A stretch of 64,000 nt of DNA from Rhizodiscina lignyota (taxonomy: Eukaryota): NCBI GenBank assembly GCA_010015805.1, contig ML978127.1, forward strand, positions 1 through 64,000. The letters are read 5' to 3'. A model generated the notes under the pieces. The model saw only the letters and a program-made list of their open reading frames with translations, made no database searches and was not told the origin of the DNA. This document shows, piece by piece, positions 13,038 to 25,501 of this stretch (position 1 is its first letter; each line of letters starts with the position of its first letter). Made by a program: the position numbers and the translations under genes.

Positions 13038-13921
13038 TGTGGAGGAGGATGTGAGTCGAGGGAGAGATAGGTAGACGATAGATAAAAGAGGGAGACGTCG
13101 TCAGAGGCGTATGACTGTATGACGGGAATGGGTGAGGGAGGGAAAGAGAATGTGTAAGATAAAGCAGGGAATTTTACCGCGGAAGCAACTGAAGAATGGC
13201 AGTGGTGACGGAGTTGAACTTGAACTTCGTTGGTGACGATGTGTCTAAACGCCGGTCCGGCCGTTACGGGGCACTGTGGCTGAAGTAGTGCCACTTTTCT
13301 TTGTGTCCTTCATATTCACACCTGAAGCAGACCCAGCACCTTTGACAAACTCGGTGAATGCAGGCATTCATCGTCCCAATCGCAAGGTCCAAACTCATAA
13401 GTCTTCGGAATATTCCCGCACCGCGTCCTCTTCTTTCTCGTATTTTAGTAGCGAGAAACCGTCGTTCCTGCTTGGTCGTCTCTATTCTCCCCGCCTGACT
13501 GGCTTCAATGTTTCTGGGTAATCGGCGACTCTCCACTGATTTACAAGGCGGACTGGGCTCAAAGACAAGTTACTCCGTATCCCATTAACATGTCAACCGA
13601 CAATCAAAGCCTTCACGTTGCGCATGCACTCACAAATCTCCGAATACGCCTTATCTTATGGAAGGTTTATGGTTGGAGCAATCCATGACTCCCGATGAGG
13701 CCCAATAGAGGGTGATCCGATTATGTCGAGGTAGATTAAAGTCATTTAATATAGATGGCCCTATATGGCTTCAACCGTTACGCTAAGCATCACCACCACT
13801 GAATATATCTTTCCATCTCTTCTGCTCTCCTCTCTTCTCCCGTTTCTCTCCATCGTCAAGACATAAGGAAAACATCTAAAACTCGTACCTCCACTCTCGA
13901 AAACCGGACGAAGCCATCAAA

Positions 13922-14692
13922 ATGGGCATCAAAAGGGCTCAACCAGCGCAAGACAAAGCGGGTGAGAGAATAAGCCTCAACACCTTGGAGCGTGGCGAGT
14001 CCCTCCCTTCCTACCCCGCCGACATCGACAACTGGCCTCTTATTCCAGAGCCTGTAGCCGCCCCAGAGGCGCGCCGAGTTCACTCCAATGAAAATCTACC
14101 AATAAACGAACATGCGGACGACGTGTCTATACAAAGCAACCAAGTCGGGGCTAATCGGCGTCACGGGTGGCGTGACCTCCCTATCGCGGCACGGGTCAAC
14201 TACGTCCTCACTATTCTCCTCATGTCCACCAGTTTGATTCTGGTAATCGTATTTGGCCTCCGAATCGCGGACAAGCCGTACGAATGGCGAGCCGCTCACC
14301 CGTTCGTGACAGCATACCTGTCGGATAATAGACGCACTACCGCGGTCGCCCTCGCCTTTGTGCTTCTCAGCTTATTAACCATTGTCGAGTACATTGTGAC
14401 GCGCGAGAGAGGCCAGAGGGGCGGCCAGGTTAGGACGGTGAGGATTGCTGGGATGGACGTTAATGTCTGGTTAAGCTGGGTGTTTCTGCGCGCTCTGCTG
14501 GCATACGAAATTGTCTCTGTACTAGTACCACTCTCAGCCCTCGTCAGTCAAGAGAAGGGAACCATAATGCATGCCGGTGCTGCTGCCAAAATGTTGGGAG
14601 GCGGCGCAGGGAAAGTTTGGGTCAGTGACACAACCGCCTTTTGGGGAGACGCGCTGAGGTACGATCTCGGACGATACGCACAAACTTTTTGA
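13922..14692 (+). CDS. Hypothetical membrane protein (256 aa, about 3 TM segments)
   Basis: ATG-initiated intronless ORF after a CT-rich leader, with three hydrophobic stretches; no family recognised. Confidence 0.6.
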   Translation: MGIKRAQPAQDKAGERISLNTLERGESLPSYPADIDNWPLIPEPVAAPEARRVHSNENLPINEHADDVSIQSNQVGANRRHGWRDLPIAARVNYVLTILLMSTSLILVIVFGLRIADKPYEWRAAHPFVTAYLSDNRRTTAVALAFVLLSLLTIVEYIVTRERGQRGGQVRTVRIAGMDVNVWLSWVFLRALLAYEIVSVLVPLSALVSQEKGTIMHAGAAAKMLGGGAGKVWVSDTTAFWGDALRYDLGRYAQTF

Positions 14693-14954
14693 AACGTGCA
14701 TAAGTCACCCTGATTTGATTTCAAGTCAACTTTGCGTATTTCGGTGAAAGAGGTAATGGTCTAGGATGTGATATGGAGCAAATACGAAGCGGTTACTTCA
14801 AAGACTAGGGATATGTACGCCTTATGCTGCCTGCTCTTCAAAATTTGCAGGTCCACTTCAATCATATTCTAGCGTTGACTTGTTCATTCCCCGGGATATT
14901 TACACACGTACCACCTCAATCATCTTACAATTGGGAACAGATCCCATCTTGCTT

Positions 14955-16693
14955 TTACAGAAAGCTCACGCCGACTCCAAAGCTCAGCCCTTTTCTCGCT
15001 TCTTCTCCCTTCCGGATCACTAGCGGCAAGCTAAAATTGACTTCAAATCTCGCAGCTGGATGAGCGTATACAAGACCAATCCCGGCAGCGCAACTCGGCA
15101 GACCATTTCCGAGCTCATTGATCGTTCTCTTTACACTGTCGGCCACAGCCGCCGAACTCATGCTCCCCTTCTCTTCAGAGCCGGATTCGGACTTGCCGCT
15201 TGGCTTATCCTTTAGCGCAAGCAATCGCCCACCATTGATGAATGCCTGTAACCGCAAAGGTGTGTCTTTACCAACCCTGGGGAATGGGAAGAGTATCGAC
15301 GCCCCTCCTGCTGCGTAGACATCCCCTCCAACGGCATCATTTCTGTCACGTGGACCCATCCCTGAAAGTCGGAAGCCGCGCACATCTGTTGGACCACCGA
15401 GCTGGAAGCGGTCGTTAATGCGAGACATGAGAGGCGGACTAGTGCCATAACCAAAGCTGAGCGGATATAGTACACCGCCTCTCAGGCCTACAGTAAATGC
15501 CGTGCCTTCCAGGAATGGAATGGGAATAGGAACGGCGCCTTGGGTTTCTGCTTCCACTTTTGCGAAAGCCACATCGCCCTTCAGAGGCCCCCATCCTGCC
15601 AACTCAGTTGTTGTCTTCATGAGATAGCCCTTGCTAGGGAGTAGAGCAAAGTCGCGCTGGTCATTGACCCAGGTGTGGGATATGCTGCTCTTGAAAGAGT
15701 CGCCAGCATCTGTTCGGACGGTAGGTGAGGCATTGGTCAACAATGAAGTGATCTGTCGCCATGTGCCTGAGTATCCTATTTCGTGCCTATGCCCAGAGGA
15801 AGTCAAGAACTTGAACTTTGTCGCGCCGCCTTTTATCGCTTCCTCATGACTTGCCCATTCTTTGAGCGTGGAAGAGGTAAGGCCGCCGATCTCCCACTTT
15901 ATATCTGGATTGCTCAAGAGCGGAGTATCAAAGGCCAAGCTATATGCGCTGCGGGTCCGGGTGCCAAGGCTTGCATTCGCGCTCAGAGATTCTGCGCCAC
16001 CGAAGATGTTACGGAGGAAGACGGAAAGGTACGCGGAGCCTTCGGCGTGGCCAGCCTCGGTGCCTGTTTTGATCGTATAGCGGCTCTTTTCTTTGGCAGA
16101 GAGAAACACAGAGAGCTGAGTGATAGCATCTTCTGTGGTCGGCGGTGTCACAGTGTCTATATAGACCGAGATGGGATCGTGAAAGATGTCTAGCGCTCAG
16201 TCAGTCTTCGACCTTCACCAAAGAGAAATTGAAGCAGCACCGGGACCTACCAAAACGAGTGAGTCTGTCTGCCGCTCCTGTGATGCCTTCGAGAGCTTCG
16301 GAGAGCGTGTATGTGTTATTCTTGTCGGACTTCAGGAGCGGCTGGAATATGCGCGAAAGGAAGCTTCGTCTTGTGTGGGTTGCATTGAGAAGGCGAATTT
16401 CGGATATTTGAACAGGAAGAGTTGAATTGCCGCCGATCTAGGACGATTGTCAATAATGCCCAAGGATTCCAGAATATCCAGCGCACCAGCTCTGCGACTC
16501 TAGCCTGAGCCTTTTCATATTGGGCTTGTATGCGGGCGTTTAGTTCTCTTTCACGCTTCTCTTGTTCTTTCGGGTCGGCCTTTTGTTTGAGCTTCTCGAA
16601 GACCTTGGGAATGGAGAAATTAGCTTAAAATGGCGCGCACACGAAATGGTGTCAAAGTTTTGGACATACATCGTCTTCGGGAGGAGCCGCCAT
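14955..16693 (-). CDS. SAM50: Mitochondrial outer-membrane beta-barrel assembly protein Sam50/Tob55 (Omp85 family); 4 exons
   Basis: RNIFGGAE, DAGDSFKSS, DRFQLGGPTDVRGF, DAVGGDVYAAG and ARFEVNFSLPL, ending in the beta-signal GVGVSFL. Upstream exons joined by GT-AG introns. Confidence 0.95.
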
Positions 16694-17896
16694 TGAACGA
16701 TTGAGGCAGTGTGGCGGAAACAATCACCTTCCAGCTTCTCATCCATTCCTTTGCGAATGGAAGTCGGGAGCTTTGGGGGATAATTCTTGGCCGAAGTTTG
16801 GCCGAAGCTTACCCACACAGTAAGAAAGAAGTGAACGCCAACCCGACGTCAACGCGCACATATGATGGTATCCACATATGGTATGGACGCTTTTACGATT
16901 CTACTGTTCATGCTGGCAACCAGTCTGCACGAGTATGAATATTCATTAAGCTGACCGGGAGGACAATCCCGCCGGTACCTAATGCAAGTGTCTCTCCTCG
17001 AACATATGTAACTTCCTCCCCTCTCTGTCCTATCTCCAACAATGCTTAAGGCTCAGGACACAGCAAATACCGTGACGGAGGGCATGAAAAGGCTGAAACG
17101 GAGGCTTCGTCGTAAGGCGGCCGGCCGATGAGAGGCAATGACGAATTTTGACCTATTTTGGATGTTTCAAATTCTGAAACACGAAAACTGAGATAGGGGA
17201 GGCATTGCCATACGTTTCATGTATCCTCCGGTGGTGGCTAACTGCTCATTTCTTGTCATGAAGTGCAAATAGCATAGCCTTATCGGGGAGTGGTGTCGCA
17301 AGGTGCGGGTGAGCGCGAGATGTATCTGCGGTTGAGCGAAGGGCGTGCAGGCAGCAAGGTCATATGAGGTGATAAGAATGTTCTCAAGCGAAGTCTCGGG
17401 CACGCCGTTAGCTTATGCAAAGTTGAAGATTACGTGCGAGCAGTCAGCCCGGAGTACGTAGCTCTCTTAAGTTCTCGGAGTAAGATTGAACCACTAGGTA
17501 CGTATTGTATTGTGACACTTAGGTCTTATGCACACACTCATCTCTAATATTTTCGTTGATAATTGGCTAGTCTAGTGCATCTAGGGGGTCTATCGCCTGC
17601 TCGCCCTCTTAGAAGAGCCACTTCGTATTTCGCTTTTCTGCAAAGAAAGAGGATTGGTCTCTCGTGGTACCATGTGTAATTCATGTGGCAGTGTTAGCCA
17701 AGTCGGAGACATTATTCATATCGTATATGAAGGTAGCAGAGCAACAGGCGGTAGGTAGGTGGCCTTGAAATTGCGCCGATGAAATTCACTTTCTATTCCA
17801 ACTGTTTTCTTTACCTGTCTGTCTGGTGGCGTCCTGTCTACTTCCTTCGCCTTTGCTATCCAGCTCTCCAAGATATTGCCAGTCTCAACTATCATT

Positions 17897-18398
17897 ATGA
17901 CATCCGAGCAACATTCCGAGACATATCATGGCAACTGCCACTGTGGTGCCATTGTATATCAATTCAAGCTTTCACCGCCTATTCCAGAGTATAAAATCAA
18001 TCAATGCAACTGCTCAGTATGTACCAAGAATGGGTATGCTCTGGTGTACCCACTACGCAAGGACGTTGAGTTCACGAAGGGCTGGGATACTATGAAGAGC
18101 TATCAGATGGCGAGGAGAGTCCACCATCATCGCTTCTGCCCTGAGTGTAGCGCTAGCATCATGATTGATTTTGATGCGGAGACTATGAAGAAGGGTGGGC
18201 ATCCGGATGCCGTTGCTATGAACGTGAGTGTAATGTGAATGAATGCTTAAAGTATGGCAAATTGACTATGAGAAGGTCCGGCAGCTGAAGGGCATTGACA
18301 TGAACAACAATACTTTGAATGGGGTAACTTTTGAATGGAAGTATTTCGATGGTTTTCATAAAATGGACCCGCCTTATGAAGAGCCGAGGACAGGTTAG
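17897..18398 (+). CDS. GFA / CENP-V family zinc-binding protein; 2 exons
   Basis: YHGNCHCG, CNCSVC and HRFCPEC. An intron starting GTGAGT at about 18224 gives AMN|VRQLKGID. Confidence 0.88.
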
Positions 18399-18655
18399 AC
18401 GCAATCTAGGCAGTGGAGGAATAGGGTATTGATATTACAGAGCACTTTGGTCGGGGTTCAGTTCCGAATGTATCCATCTTTCCAAATCATTCAAATGTTG
18501 AAAGTGACAGTCGAAAAGCCGAGATGTGCACTCCTTTCGTCTAGTTCGCCGAAAAAGGAAGCCTCGGCTGCCCAAATTGCCAAAGCTCAAGCTCAACTTT
18601 AGTTAGCGATAACTTGCACCTCAATCCACCACATTTCAGACACGGCGCAGCAGCT

Positions 18656-19660
18656 ATGACTTCATTGCCCATATTCAGAAGCTCCTTCTTCCATTTGAGG
18701 CGACAAAGCTATCAGCTACAGGCTTGCTGTCGGGGTTTCTCTACTTCAAAAGCCATTTCTGCAACCGTAGTTGAAACTCACCAGCAACAACTCACTTCAC
18801 ATCAGTGGATTGAGGACCAATGGCGAGCTCACCGCAGAGCTCGCCGGTGGCGTTATGCTCGCAACATCTTCTTCTTCACCCTCGCGTTCGGCTCTGCTTC
18901 TTTCTTTCTACGCCCTTTGCCTGAAGATCTGATGATCGAAGCTCTCAACCACGAGCTCGACGAGCACCTACCTATCGTGCAGAAACTTCGCCTCGATGCT
19001 GCTACGAAGCCGTTACAACAGTGCTTCCAAGAGATTGATCTGACGCGCTCACCGAGCTCCACGCTCACTGAAGAGACTTTGACTGGGTCACACCTCCTTG
19101 GTCCGCAACGAGCATTCTGGTCGAGCGGGCAGCGCGAGCTTATACTAATTGCATGGTTTGGGTGGAAGCTGAACGGATGGCCCTCCGTTGCACATGGAGG
19201 TGCAATTGCTACGGTCATGTCGGATGCGATGTCGAGAGCTGTTGGGTGCATGCATCCTTCAAACGGTAGGCATTGCCTCAAGGATAGCTTCTGCTACCTC
19301 CAAACTTACTCCATGTGGAGCTTGCACACTAACGCATATTCAGGTGACCTTCCCCATCCAGATTCTATTAGCATAACATACCTCAAGCCGACTCGCGTCC
19401 GCGACTTCTACCTTATCCGAGTCCGGCCGTTGCCACCTTCCTCCCAGATCCTTCCAGGTCCGAGCCTCCCGCCTTCAGACTCTACTCTTGACAGAGAAGC
19501 ACACGATATCGCGCCGCATAAAGACTTGACGAAACAGCCACTTCCCTCAGAACCGCTGCCCGGTTCTAAGGAGGTCTTGGAAGTAGAAGCTTCACTCTCG
19601 ACCATGGACGGGAGGGTCCTCGTGAAAAGTCGAGCTGCTTTCAAAGCCTTTGGCTCATGA
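18656..19660 (+). CDS. Hotdog-fold thioesterase-family protein, probably mitochondrial (Fmp10-like); intron 19266-19343
   Basis: R/S-rich presequence-like N-terminus, one TM segment, LTEETLTG, GWPSVAHGGAIAT and ITYLKPT. 78-nt intron with CTAAC branch site. Confidence 0.72.
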   Translation: MTSLPIFRSSFFHLRRQSYQLQACCRGFSTSKAISATVVETHQQQLTSHQWIEDQWRAHRRARRWRYARNIFFFTLAFGSASFFLRPLPEDLMIEALNHELDEHLPIVQKLRLDAATKPLQQCFQEIDLTRSPSSTLTEETLTGSHLLGPQRAFWSSGQRELILIAWFGWKLNGWPSVAHGGAIATVMSDAMSRAVGCMHPSNGRHCLKDSFCYLQTYSMWSLHTNAYSGDLPHPDSISITYLKPTRVRDFYLIRVRPLPPSSQILPGPSLPPSDSTLDREAHDIAPHKDLTKQPLPSEPLPGSKEVLEVEASLSTMDGRVLVKSRAAFKAFGS

Positions 19661-20377
19661 ATTTCTGCGGAACTATCGTCTTCATATTGTCATTCTTTGG
19701 CGCTGGCTTCCTGGATGCTGGATGCCGAAATAGCTGAAGTTGCCACAGCATTACTTAGACCACCAAGCGTCGAAGGCTGTTTTGCTTACCAGCTTTCTAC
19801 GCAAACTCTTGGCAAAAAAGGTGCCGAGGCGTTGCCAGCCGAATACAAAGCGAATTCGAAGCAAGAGGGGCACCAACTAGTATCACTCCGATGCGGAATG
19901 CTTCAGTTATGCCGTTGGGTTCCGCGGCTTGACTCGGCTCAATGCAAGAAGCTGAACTTCCATGCGCCTAGACGTGGTCAGATCCGAGATCCGGACAACA
20001 TACAGACGTGAAACACGAAGATATCATTTAGCTGAACATGCGGCACTAATTGTGGACCAAATGACCAGTTATTGGCGTACCTTTACAAGCTTCCACAAGA
20101 ATGCGGTGTGATGAATGTCTTGGCCACGTCAGGCTCAACTGCACGCCCAGCGGAGAACAGATCTCAGGCTGGGAAAATAGATTCATTTGAGGGTAGTGGT
20201 CAGTGGATTATATACGTGGTAGAATGAACACGCGAAGATGGATTTGATCCTGCTGACACAAATCCTTACAGAGAGAGGAAGATGGCAGTCGTACGATATG
20301 AAATATGATTATCATCCATCTACCGAGACATCAGCCTCGGCCACCTTCTATTTCCATTGCACTCTGCCTCACGGCTG

Positions 20378-21886
20378 TCATAGCGCGAGCTGCCAAGCGT
20401 CCTCTGCATTAACAGCTTCTACCAACCAATTCGGCGTGATGGGATGCAAAGTATAGTTGGTATTGTATCCTTCCACAAAGCTCTTTTTCCCACAAATTCC
20501 GTCGCCTCCCCAGGACTGCTCAATAGTCCTTTCTTTAATCCAATCCATCCATCTCATCCGACTTGCTTGTATGACAGGAAAATGCTCCATGCCTGCATAT
20601 GTAACCTGCTCCAAGTCTTCTTTAGAATCCACTCTGCAACTCGCGTCGACGGCTTGTTCAATTCCTTCGAGAGGTACGACGTCTTGATCCCCTACGATGA
20701 CGAGTAGTGGGCCTCTGAATTTCTTCCCGCTTACCGCGACGCGATCTGCCCAGTCCTGAACCGTACGATCTTCGGTCCAGCCAGGTTTTACAAGTCCCTC
20801 AATTGGAACATCCGAGAAGACAAGACCATCGGTGGGAAGGCAGCCTTGCACGGGGGCGAGGACGTTATTCCATCGATCGTAAGAGACTGGTGTCATACCG
20901 GAGTAATTGTAGGATGGATAGACAGCTGTTACAGCTGCGACAAGTTTGGGCTGAATGCTAAGGGTGACCGGTATCCATATTGGCAAAGACGAGGCTGGAG
21001 CAGATGAGGCAATTTGCCGGGCCGCTTGTACTTGATCGATGACCCTCGTTAGCGGCGAAATGGAAATCGTCCCGCGATATCCAGCAACAGGCAACACGGC
21101 CTGACGCTCGGCAAAGGCCCAAGCAACATGTCCACCTTGAGAATGACCCATGGCGACGAATGGACCATCGTTTGTCAACTGCTCTGGAAATGCTTTCCTT
21201 GCCGCTTCAATTGCGTAGGCAAGATCATTCGCAGCAGCTGGACCCGCGAGGTATTCATGACGGATGCTGTCTCCATTTGGCAGATGTCCGACGCCGAGAC
21301 CAGCGTAATCTGGAGCAATTACTGCGAAACCCTCAAGCGCAACATTATATGGCACCATGAAGTGGTACTGCAAAGAACGATAGTTACTTGGTGCACAAGC
21401 CGGAAACAAGCCAGCAGTGCCATGGGCCCAAGCTACAAGCGGAAATCGTGAATGTCCACCTTTTGAACTCCGCCGTGGCTTGCCATCCTCTGACGGAACG
21501 AAAGGAGTATATGGCCACAGGATATACGCGGAAACCGGCACTGTTGTGCCGTTCAGGTCTCTGGAGGTGTACATTATGCGAGACATTGTCAATCCAGACG
21601 GTACGGTGTAGTTGGTGAGATTGGTGTGCAGTTCGACGCGGAGAAGCTCACCAGGCTCTGCGGAAGACGAAAAAGTCCTTGGGACACTGTAGAAAGAGTC
21701 CAGAGGCGAATGGGCATGTTGAGTCTGCTCCCAGGAAGAGCCAAGTCGTGCGAGTTCTTGGCATTGCTCGCCACAGGTGGTACTCTGAATTGAGCTTGCA
21801 GAAGCATTCTGGGCATAAATGTGTTCTGTCAAGAGAAGGAAGCTGAAAATGCCGCTGAAGTGCTTCTGGAGGAGTGTGAGCTGCAT
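20378..21886 (-). CDS. Secreted lipase-like alpha/beta hydrolase (secretory lipase LIP type)
   Basis: Signal peptide, VAWAHGTAG, CAPS, APDYAGLG, GHSQGG nucleophile elbow, GDQD and GMEHF. Confidence 0.88.
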   Translation of the reverse strand: MQLTLLQKHFSGIFSFLLLTEHIYAQNASASSIQSTTCGEQCQELARLGSSWEQTQHAHSPLDSFYSVPRTFSSSAEPGELLRVELHTNLTNYTVPSGLTMSRIMYTSRDLNGTTVPVSAYILWPYTPFVPSEDGKPRRSSKGGHSRFPLVAWAHGTAGLFPACAPSNYRSLQYHFMVPYNVALEGFAVIAPDYAGLGVGHLPNGDSIRHEYLAGPAAANDLAYAIEAARKAFPEQLTNDGPFVAMGHSQGGHVAWAFAERQAVLPVAGYRGTISISPLTRVIDQVQAARQIASSAPASSLPIWIPVTLSIQPKLVAAVTAVYPSYNYSGMTPVSYDRWNNVLAPVQGCLPTDGLVFSDVPIEGLVKPGWTEDRTVQDWADRVAVSGKKFRGPLLVIVGDQDVVPLEGIEQAVDASCRVDSKEDLEQVTYAGMEHFPVIQASRMRWMDWIKERTIEQSWGGDGICGKKSFVEGYNTNYTLHPITPNWLVEAVNAEDAWQLAL

Positions 21887-23564
21887 CTTCGGGAACGGAA
21901 AGAGCCGAGAACCTGAATGGGTGGAGTTAAAATCTACGACAGCCAGACAACATGCTTATACTTCAAACTTGAGAATACTTGATCTCAAGTGAGGAAGCCC
22001 TGCACTACGTTCATCGACAATTAGCAATTCGGATTAAGCGAGTACGACAGCACAACAGCATCGCCTTGAAATACGGAGATGCAGATGCCATCACTGCCTC
22101 TTTACGACCATAATCGATGACTGGTGATGGTTGCTCGGATAACTCCGTGGCTTCATCAGTGGAAACGAATACGCCCCCTGTCAGCTACGAATACGATCAC
22201 GCTGGGCGTCCTAAGGCCGGTGTTAAGCCGCGTTGGTCCCGACATGTGCCAACAAACTTAAACGCAAACGAATACGTTTGGTGACAAGCTTGCATTAAGA
22301 CGTTGGGTGCCTGGCAGTCGGGTTATACGTATAGCGAATTAGACTCGCGATGGAGTTGTCACCCTGTGGTCTGGTATGGGCACTCCGTCAAGGTATTAGT
22401 GTTTTGACAACCGGCTTGCCCACAAAGCATTCTTTTAGAGTTGAATGTTGATCTTCAGTTCTGGAAATGCATTTCATTGTGTTGTTCAAGTCGTCCTTCC
22501 CAGCTCTTGCGGCTTCTTCTGTAGCAACATCACTGCACACTAGGTCATGCGTCGATCTCAGAGTACCCAAAGCAAACATACTTTTCTATGATGTTCCTCG
22601 TGTTAACAGCAACATTGACGCTTCGACTGGAATCTCGATACCTGGCCATCGCAATGCTGGTCGAGTACACTGCTTGTAATGGCTCTCGGAGATTTAGCAA
22701 ACGACAAAGCGGTTACCCCGTACAAGGAACAGCCGGCAATGGCAAATCTTCCTTTCAATCGGGGCCTCCGAAACAGACATGCTAACATATGCCGAAGCGA
22801 TTAAGTAAACAGTGGCGGTTGGAGGGCTCATTTCTTCTCCAACAATACACAGAAGTCCAGAATTCGCCTTCTCAGGACCACTCTTGGTAAGACAATGTCC
22901 GCAGAGAGCTTTCATAATCGCAGCTAACTACCCTCTTAATTGTTAGTTTGCACTGGCTAGGTATGGCTTTCCTGCCATGACAGTTATACGGGACCTACGA
23001 CCTGGAGTGTTTGGGAATAGGCCAATATCCTCGAGCAGTGGACATCACTGTGCAAATCCAACCTAGGAGCGAGTATGCGCTTACTCTGCATACAAATTCA
23101 AACGCCCACTATAACACCGTCTTTTGTATATTGGGAATCCTGTATATTGAGAACGGGCTGTGAGGGCATACTTGCCGGCCACTCCCGGGGAAAGCGAGCT
23201 TTACGTGCTTGTTCTTGTCGAATCTGCCTCGATATCGGAGTCTTTTCGAAGAATAGCCGCATTTCAAATCTTGTCGTCCAATAGAATGCATTTTGTGGTG
23301 GTCTTGTCGAAGCGCAGAATGGTTGACGGAATTCCAAATGTCGGTCTAGGGCTGAATGTAATGCCAAGACTAGGATACCTGACTAACGACCGCAGCAGTG
23401 CCAAATACGAGGCTGAGATCCAGGGGTGCAGGTTGAACTTTCCTTACGGAGTACTCCTTCCACAATGAAAAGAACTGAGCCGCAGCACTTCAGAGAGCCA
23501 GTTTAATTTTCAGAATATAAGAGCTGGCAGCGAACGAAGCCAATATGGCAGAACAAAAATCCAG

Positions 23565-25279
23565 ATGTCAGGCGCCGAAACCCAATTCTCCGCGACTTAC
23601 CGACCGAGGCGGCCTCACACCAAATCGAGGAACGGGTGTCTAGTGTGTAAGAATCGGAGAGTCAAGGTAACTCATCCATTAAATGCGAATTATCCGCTTC
23701 AGCATGGCTCGCTTCAGCATGGCTGATATGTCTCCAGTGCGACGAGAAGCAGCCATCTTGTACTCGCTGTCAATTAGCTCAACGACCATGCACGTATCGA
23801 AGGGCACAGCAACCAGCCACAGCAGATGGAACAGCGGACATTCTTTCACTCCCTACTCCCACGAACCGGACCGAAGAGCCTTCCCCAGGCACACCGTTAT
23901 ATAGCAGATTTTCTCCGCTTCTCGATGGGAGTTCCGACTCGAATTCTACATGTTCTGGGTTAAACCATGGCCACGGCGATTCGGAGGCTACTGAAAGTCC
24001 CCTAGTCTTTTCCGACTCTGACCTCTACCATCACTTTCTAGAGCATACGAGTAGGACATTAACGTATTGCCAAAGGGATCAAGGCGCACTGCAGATAGGA
24101 ATGCCCACTCTAGCATTACGATGCGAAGCTGTGTTCCACTCGATTCTCGCCCTCGCAGCAGCCTGTCTCTGCTCGGACATGATCTCTCACGATGCACCTG
24201 ATCCGGCAGCCATCCATCAAACATTATTGACAGGATATCAACACCATACTAGAGCTCTTGAGCAAATGCAGGTCTTGATCTCAGAACGCAAGTCTTCGAA
24301 TAGGGAATTTCTCGTGGCGAACTCAGTTTTGCTGGTGCCTTTTGCCAGCGCATTCCAAAGGATCAATCATTGGATATCAACCAGGGCCAGTTCTGCACCT
24401 TCGCAAAAGAGGCGGCTTTCTATAACGCCTCGCAATTTCATCATCTTTTTGCGCGGCGTACAAACCACCCGCGAGGCGTTGCACAGCGACGACACCACGA
24501 CTACTTCAGACACGGTTGACTTCTCCAGCCCTTGGGACAACGTATCAACATTTCAGCATATTGATTCACAGACGGCATCAGCGGCACCGTCACGAACGCA
24601 CTTAACGTTTCCAATATTGGCCGCAACAAGCCAACGTGCTTTCTCTGAGCTTCAACGCAGGTTAGAGTTCGTCTCTATGACTCCCTCCAAGGCCGCTTGG
24701 CAAGACGACAACCAAAGCCTTGTCTCGAACTGTATTGCGGCCTTCGACGTTCTAGATGACATCAGGACTCATACCTTTTCGGGCTCAGAGTCACTAACAC
24801 CGTCGGCGATGGAAAATAGCAGTGAGAGCCCATCCCACCCTAGAGCCTCCGTGCCCCAAACGGCTTCCTGGTTGCTATCATATTTAAGACCTGCGATACC
24901 ATCAGAATCATCAGGACCACTAACAAGATCCTTTCTGGCTTTCCTCAATCTTATCCCGCAGGCGTACCTCGATCTCCTCCTTCCGCTCCTCGATCAAAGA
25001 TTGGAGAATCCAGTCGAGCAACTATCTGATATCCTGAAATTAGATGGACCGCAAGCGCTTGCTCTTGAGATTTATGCGCACTGGCTCGTTCTCATGTTTC
25101 TGGTGGAAGACGAGTCATGGTGGATCGGGGATTTAGCCATAACCAGCCTTCGCGGGATCATTAATACATATGGAGAAGAGTTTGCACATGATATACTGCC
25201 TAGTCACGGACGTACACGGGAGCAATGGTGGCCGGCGGGAATGTTGAAGATCATGTTGGAGCTCAAGCAACACCAGTGA
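23565..25279 (+). CDS. Zn(II)2Cys6 transcription factor (Upc2-like architecture); intron 23667-23737
   Basis: RRPHTKSRNGCLVCKNRRVK|CDEKQPSCTRCQLAQRPCTY reconstructed across the intron. It continues in frame through LYHHFLEHTSRTL into the 24101-25279 ORF. Confidence 0.9.
23695..23724. repeat. Perfect 15-bp tandem duplication inside the TF intron
   Basis: cgcttcagcatggct x2. Confidence 0.85.
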
Positions 25280-25501
25280 GTCTTAGCCTTTTAAGTCTCG
25301 CTCATTTATATGTCAAACATTTCAAAGTATTGCCTTCCAGAATCCTGTATCATATGCTGGCGAGGGAAATTCTATTTCTATCACATTTCTAATAATGCCT
25401 GTTTGGCATATCTATCTTCATTTCAATTGTGCGTCCATTCCCTTGCCTTGATACCGTAGCTGTTCGAGTACAGGACATTGGCGGAGACCCGATGAAGACC
25501 T

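Noticed and set aside
16860..17131. Possible tiny multi-exon gene divergent from SAM50 (GT/AG-like signals, basic C-terminus)
   Set aside because: I could not build a consistent reading frame and recognised no homology.
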